From NCBI GenBank assembly GCA_010909165.1, contig MU008165.1, positions 434,001 through 498,000 of the forward strand: DNA of 64,000 nt, given 5' to 3'. This document shows, piece after piece, positions 58,738 to 64,000 of this stretch. Origin of the DNA: Anthoceros angustus. Lineage: Eukaryota; Plantae; Anthocerotophyta. The notes beneath the pieces were generated by a model, which ran no database searches, was not told the origin of the DNA, and saw nothing but the letters and a program-made list of their open reading frames with translations. The translations under genes were made by a program, and so were the position numbers. The stretch's first letter is position 1. Each line of letters begins with the position of its first letter.

Positions 58738-59749
58738 TCATTTCCTCCTTTTTTTGCTTTTCTTTCCTTTGCCTTTCTTCTTGCCAGAAGCTTTCCTCCC
58801 TTTACTGCCCCCTTCGTTATTGAAGAACTTGTTATGGACATTGCCTCCTCTGAAATCTTCCTCCTTTCGCTTCTCCGAAGCCGGCTTGACATACAAGACA
58901 CCATTCCTGTATTTGCCATCAGACACTTGAAGGCCCCTGTCTTCAGGTCGGCGATGCTTCTTCTCGTCTTTCTTCTGTTTCTTCCGTGGTTGCATGCCCG
59001 AGGCCTGAAGCTGTAGAGCAGGCAGTGCGGGGTTAACGAAAAATTGGTGAGAGAGGACGAGACGTGAAAAAACAGACCCCTGCTGCGATGCTCACCTGCT
59101 CTTCCTCCAGCTTCTGCCTCTTCCTCTTAATGCTCAACCCCATCTCGATAGGCATCTTGTGGCTTTTAGGTAGCTGCGAAGAGGCCACCCTCATCATCAC
59201 ACAGCCACATGGCAGAAGACGATCTAACAAACAGAAGTTCCTCGCCACGGGAACTCGAACAGACCTTACCGCCTGAAGCAACTAGTTTTCGTGTTTCCCA
59301 GTCCTTTCGTTCTTTCCAACTCATTTGCGAGGTGCCTGCCGAGCGCAGGGCAAACAGGAGCACGTTCCTGTGAGTATTCTTCTATGGCACAGGTTAGGTT
59401 GGCAACGCACACATGGATTCCAGATTTCTCACCGAGCTGTTCGATCTCTTTCAAGATGTGCTTGATCTGTGATTCCTCATCATCGTCCCTCTTGCTCGCT
59501 ACTATCTCCTTGGCTGCTTCTCTATGGATTTCTGACGCCTTCGGCGACTGCTTCCATCAGAAGCAGAAATAATGTCACAACACTCCACAGGTGACTTGGA
59601 GCAAAACGTTCTCCAAAGCACAGCAAATGGAGTCGCCGCAGGCTTACCATGAAGAGACGCCATTCCTTGGCGTTCGATCGTGGTTGAGGACGACTACCTC
59701 CGTCGAACACCAACAGCGGCGGGCCATCTTCAGGCTCGCCTGGCAACAC
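58738..59749 (-). CDS. DUF4602 / C1orf131-like nucleolar protein, multi-exon; start codon unresolved
   Basis: QIKHILKEIEQLG / SQMSWKERKDWETRKLVA.GG / KMPIEMGLSIKRKRQK / RGLQVSDGKYRNGVLYV and a Lys-rich tail; the first coding frame has no in-frame ATG. Confidence 0.72.
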
Positions 59750-59782
59750 CGCGTCACAGCATCCCGCTCGTCAGAACAACGT

Positions 59783-59797
59783 AAACCCTGAACCCTG
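59783..59797. promoter_or_regulatory. Telo-box-like motif AAACCCTGAACCCTG upstream of the DUF4602 gene
   Basis: Reverse complement of the core CAGGGTTCAGGGTTT seen twice at 43573 and 43764. Confidence 0.45.
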
Positions 59798-60346
59798 CCA
59801 ACCCTACCCTACCACACGGCCTATCTAGTCCCTCACCGGATGCGGTTTTCTTCACCATCGCATTCAGAGCGCTGTCTCCAGTACCGAAGATCGCCGTGAG
59901 CCACAATTAACTTCAACCGATTCTTTCTCCTAACCAGTTTACATACCTATGGACATACATAGCTGTCGCGCTCAAAGAAGAAGAAGAAGAATTCAAAGGT
60001 TTCGTACGTCCGACATATGTATATAGCTCTGTCGCGCTCTCTTAAGATAGAATTATGAGCATCCAATTTTCCAAGCAAGTTGATCAGGTTCCGCTTCCCC
60101 TTCCCCCTTCCCCACAGCCTGCACCCCGGCTGGACCCTTTGCCTGTTTTTGAATAGAGATTATCAAGGAAGCGAATACCTGTGTTAGCTAGGGTGGAGGA
60201 AGCACTCCATTGCCGAAAAACCCGATCTCACCAAAGATGAGAAATGGGTAAAGTATCATAAATCTTAATGCTAGGATTATTTGCGGCACTTAATCCCATC
60301 GATGGAGGACCAGTCTTTTTCAGTGAATTTGTAGGGAGTTCCAATG

Positions 60347-60431
60347 AACAACAACAACAACCATATTCCGTCCCAAGGACCCTTAATTAAGGAGTTCCAA
60401 TACACAACAACAACAACAACCACAACAACAA
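60347..60431. repeat. (CAA)n microsatellite, two tracts
   Basis: Each tract is preceded by GGAGTTCCAAT, suggesting a small local duplication. Confidence 0.8.
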
Positions 60432-60774
60432 TGATATTTATGTTCATATTTTAAAACTAAGAATATATTTTTATTACGGAAGGAGAAGATGGATGAACAC
60501 TTGTAGGACATCAAAGATAGTGCAAGGGTGACAATAAACAAGGAGCACCTAAGCTTCGTGTAATTGTCATGTTTTTGAACTCATGTTTGGATGTCACTCA
60601 TCCTGTCGGTTTTACAAGAACACGAAAGTTGAGTGCAGCTACTCCTCGAATTATATACAGCAGACATCTGATCCTAATGATAGAAATGTCTGAAGTATAT
60701 GATTCAGGCAACCGCGTTTTCGATTTGGATTCCACACTGAGGATGAGGACGGCGATGTCAGGCACACGCGTACG

Positions 60775-62727
60775 ATGGCAGGGATGATCGTCGGGGCAAC
60801 CTATTCAAGCAATGGCACCTGGTTTGGCGGGAGGCACGAAGCTTCCTGGCAATGCACGTCCGAGCAAGGCTTTGGGATGCGGGTGTGCAAGCTGCAGACG
60901 GTGGCAAGGGGCTCACTGGGACAAGCTTGGCGGAGCACGAGCAGTAGCACGTTGCTGGCTGATGACTGGAGATTGAATTCAGGCGGTGGAGGAAATCCAT
61001 CGCTCAACAGCCTTTCTGCAGCTTCTCCAGCTCGAAGCAGGTCTCCTTTGTTTGACCAGTTTGTGGCGAAGGGAGGTTGATTTCCACTTTGTTGTGTTGC
61101 TGATCGCCTGGATGATGTTAAATGCAGGCCGGAACCGAAGTATGACAAATTCGACAGAGGTGACGTGGAGGGGGTGGTGCGTATGCTCTGTAAGGAGGGA
61201 AGGCTGGATGAGGCCGTGTCGTTACTGGAGAGCATGGATGAGCGAGGCATCAGTGTGAACCCTAGAGTTTTCTCGTCGATCTTGAAGCTGTGCATCAGGA
61301 TGAAGGCCTTGGAGAAGGGGAAAAGGGTTCATGGCTACATAATCAAGAGTGGGCTGGAATGTGAGATTGTTCTGTCAAACATGCTGGTCAACATGTATGC
61401 AAAATTTGGGAGCATTGGAACTGCACGAGCTGTTTTTGACAACATGCCGTCACGTGATGTTATATCGTGGACGGCGCTGATATCTGGGTGCGTTGCTCAT
61501 GGGTATATAAAAGATGCTTTCAAACTGTTCAAGGAGATGCAGGATGCAGGAGTCAAGCCTAGTAGGGTCACTTTTATCAGCATGCTTCATGCCTGTGGCA
61601 GCCTTGGTGTTTTGGAGGAGGGCAAGCGAATGCATGCCCTTGTAATGGAAAGCCATTTAGAGCTAGCCGACTATGTGGCCAATTCCCTCGTCACAATGTA
61701 TGCAAAGTGTGGAAGCATGAAGGAAGCTCAGAAAGTGTTCAACCGGATGCCTCAGCGGGACTTGGTTTCATGGAACGCGATGATCGCGGGGTATGCAAAG
61801 AACGGACGTGGTTGGCAGGCTCTGAATCTCTTCAAGCGGATGCAAAGAGAGGGCGAGAGTCCAGATGCTTACACATTTGTCAGTGCCCTCAGTGCATGTG
61901 CCAGCTTGGGAGCCTTGCAGGAAGGCAAGGAAATACATGCTGCAAGCTGTAAGGCCGGATGGCACATCAAACCCGAGGTGGGGAACAGCCTGATCGATAT
62001 GTATGCTAAGTGCGGTAGCATTGCTGATGCTCGGCAAGTCTTCAATACTATGCGGAAGCATGACGTGGTGACATGGAATTCCATGATCAAGGGATATGCA
62101 CTCCATGGACTTCACCAGGAGGCCTTTGCCATTTTCCAGCAAATGGCAGACGAGAATGTAAAACCAGATGGTCTCACCTTTGTCAGCATCCTGAACGCCT
62201 GCTCTGCTGCGACCACTGTCAAAGAGGGCAGGGTTGTGCATTCCTACTTGTACAAAACAGGGTTCGAGGCCGACGCCTTCGTCTGGAATGCCCTCATCGA
62301 CATGTATGCAAAATGTGGGAGCATGGAGGAGGCGCGTGACGTGTTTGAGAAGATGGGCAGGCGAGATGTTGTGTCCTGGAACACTCTGATGGCAGGTTAT
62401 GCTCAAAATGGCCAACCTAGAACTTCACTAACACTATTTCACAGAATGCTAAAAGAAGGGGTGCTACCGAGTGCCATCACCTTCACCTGCGTTCTTCACG
62501 CCTGTGCCAGCCTCTCAACCCTGGAGGAGGGAAAGGAGATTCACGATCTGCTAATAAAATCTGGCTTTGACAACGATATGACTGTCAGAAATGCTCTTGT
62601 GCACATGTATGTGAGGTGCGGGTCCCTCGACAATGCTGGCAGTGTGCTACACAACGGCCGTGAGTTCCCACCGAGCTGCCTAGACGCCAAGTTTTGGGTG
62701 AAGAAGGGTTACCATGTCCCCAGCTAG
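60775..62727 (+). CDS. PLS-class PPR protein lacking E/DYW; exons 60775-61040 and 61128-62727 (3' end may splice at 62660)
   Basis: The intron 61041-61127 (GT..AG) joins a transit-peptide-like exon in frame to RPEPKYDKF..VVRMLCKEGRLDEA; four P-L-S triplets follow and the protein ends after an S motif with no P2L2S2/E1. Confidence 0.88.
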
Positions 62728-63178
62728 CTCTCTTTTATCAGGACTATGGTCTGGAATGCCCTGAATCTCGGAGCATGGGAACCGCCAGACCTTTGCTTTT
62801 CTGCCTTGCTTGTACATATCTACATACCTGCTGAACTTCCTGAGCCCATCTCTCCGAAATTTGTTTATTCTGCTGTTTGTTGATCTTAATCAAGACAAGA
62901 AATCCAATTCTTTTACCACGACATTTGTATCTCTTGCTACATGCATTGTTGGAATACATGCAATGTTTCGATCTTGGTTAGTTGTTCTTTCAACAATGGG
63001 GACAAGCTGCATTCTGATGTCAGGAGAACAACAGGAGAGCAACAAGAAGTGCAACTGACGGAACGCGGGTTGCGGGGAAACGTGTCCAGATCCACGTCAG
63101 GAAGCCGCTGGCAGTTGTGGTGCTTGGTATGCTACAGGCGGGACAGAAAAGGACCGGACGGGGGGTGCTGTAGATGCG

Positions 63179-64000
63179 ATGCTGGGCCTGCGCGCAGCGC
63201 AAGTCGTGAACTCCAACCACCACCATCTGCTGCTGCAGCAGCTCCATCGCTACCGCTACCTGCGTTTGCAGCAGCTCCACCTGCCGCACCTCCACTGTCG
63301 TCCGTCCACTTTCTTGCACCAGCCCGGTCGGAGTCGGAGTCGAAGCGGGAGCCGGTATGCCATGTGTTCTTTCCCGCTTTGGACTATAATTTGCGTCCGT
63401 GAAGCTAGCTGGTGTAATGTGTAATCGCCGCCTTGTGGTCTCGGCAGCGGCCGCATTTCTCAGAATCAGCAAGATTGCCCGCACCTCACCAGGCTCGGCT
63501 CCCGCACCGGCACAGAACTTCTTAAGCTGAATAGCGCGCGGGAATTGCAGCGTCGTCCTGGAATTCGATTCTTCTTCGTATTCAGAGCTATGGCGGAGTC
63601 AGGGGAAGGCGACAAGGCTGCTGCAGGCTCCGCTGCTCACAAACACACCAACCGGCTGATTAAGGAGCAGAGTCCCTACTTACTGCAGCATGCACACAAT
63701 CCGGTAGGCTAATTTTCAAGCCTGCGCAATCTTGGAGCAGGATGAAGGCGTATCTGCGGGTGTGTGTACTTGTCTTGTGTTCAGTGGAGTCCTATCTTTC
63801 CTTGCCTACAGGTGGACTGGTATCCGTGGGGGGAAGAAGCATTTTTGAAAGCGCGTGCAGAGGATAAACCTATCTTCTTATCAGGTCTTCACCGCACTGG
63901 ACTCCTTTGTCTCCTCGTCTAGACATCTCCTTTGTCTCTCTGGTTTATAAGCTTGTGACAGTGCTGAACCATGCAATTCTGTACGCCATCCTGTTTTTTT
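63179..64000 (+). CDS. SPATA20: SPATA20 / DUF255 thioredoxin-domain protein, 5' part (core from ATG 63590; upstream transit-peptide exon from 63179 tentative)
   Basis: [22 protein letters not shown] / [24 protein letters not shown] is diagnostic; runs off the window. Confidence 0.9.

Noticed and set aside
24224-59749. Functional cluster of ribosome-biogenesis genes (EFL1, WDR43, DUF4602-like)
   Set aside because: They are separated by unrelated genes and TEs; three such genes in a dense window is compatible with chance.
63256-63456. WRC-zinc-finger-like [16 protein letters not shown] on the minus strand
   Set aside because: It lacks the remaining C and H ligands, stops shortly after, and overlaps the low-complexity probable SPATA20 transit exon; likely chance.
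63020-63484. 154-aa minus ORF with a mitochondrial-presequence-like start
   Set aside because: It overlaps the SPATA20 5' region, is low complexity and has no recognisable domain.

Overview
Gene-dense land-plant nuclear DNA with short GT-AG introns, most likely a hornwort. This is an inference from the compact gene spacing and the co-occurrence of DYW:KP-type and PGxSWW (WW-type) PPR editing factors. Left to right: (1) the 3' part of a SET/MYND (SMYD4-like) gene; (2) a decayed Ty1/copia element on the minus strand, whose RNase H ORF is split by a 13.3-kb CACTA element with intact ends (4332-17634, 15-bp TIRs, ATA TSD) carrying TnpD, a tandemly duplicated TnpA-like ORF, extra unknown ORFs and a 98-bp palindrome; (3) EFL1/RIA1; (4) a ~10-kb mosaic of four partial or full copies of one PLS-E1-E2-DYW:KP PPR gene, a candidate U-to-C organellar RNA editor, joined mostly at microhomologies; (5) WDR43/UTP5, GET1, DUF599 and a 1004-aa PPR with a truncated WW-type C-terminus; (6) a putative Tc1/mariner MITE, a CRE-like non-LTR retrotransposon and a 40-bp minisatellite; (7) DUF1997, p24, a DUF4602/C1orf131-like gene, a PLS-only PPR and the start of SPATA20. 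Duplicated regions carry many 1-3 nt indels while the single-copy genes read cleanly. Some frameshifts and some of the redundancy may therefore be long-read consensus or assembly error. Multi-exon genes are given as first-to-last coding base, and some ends are approximate.
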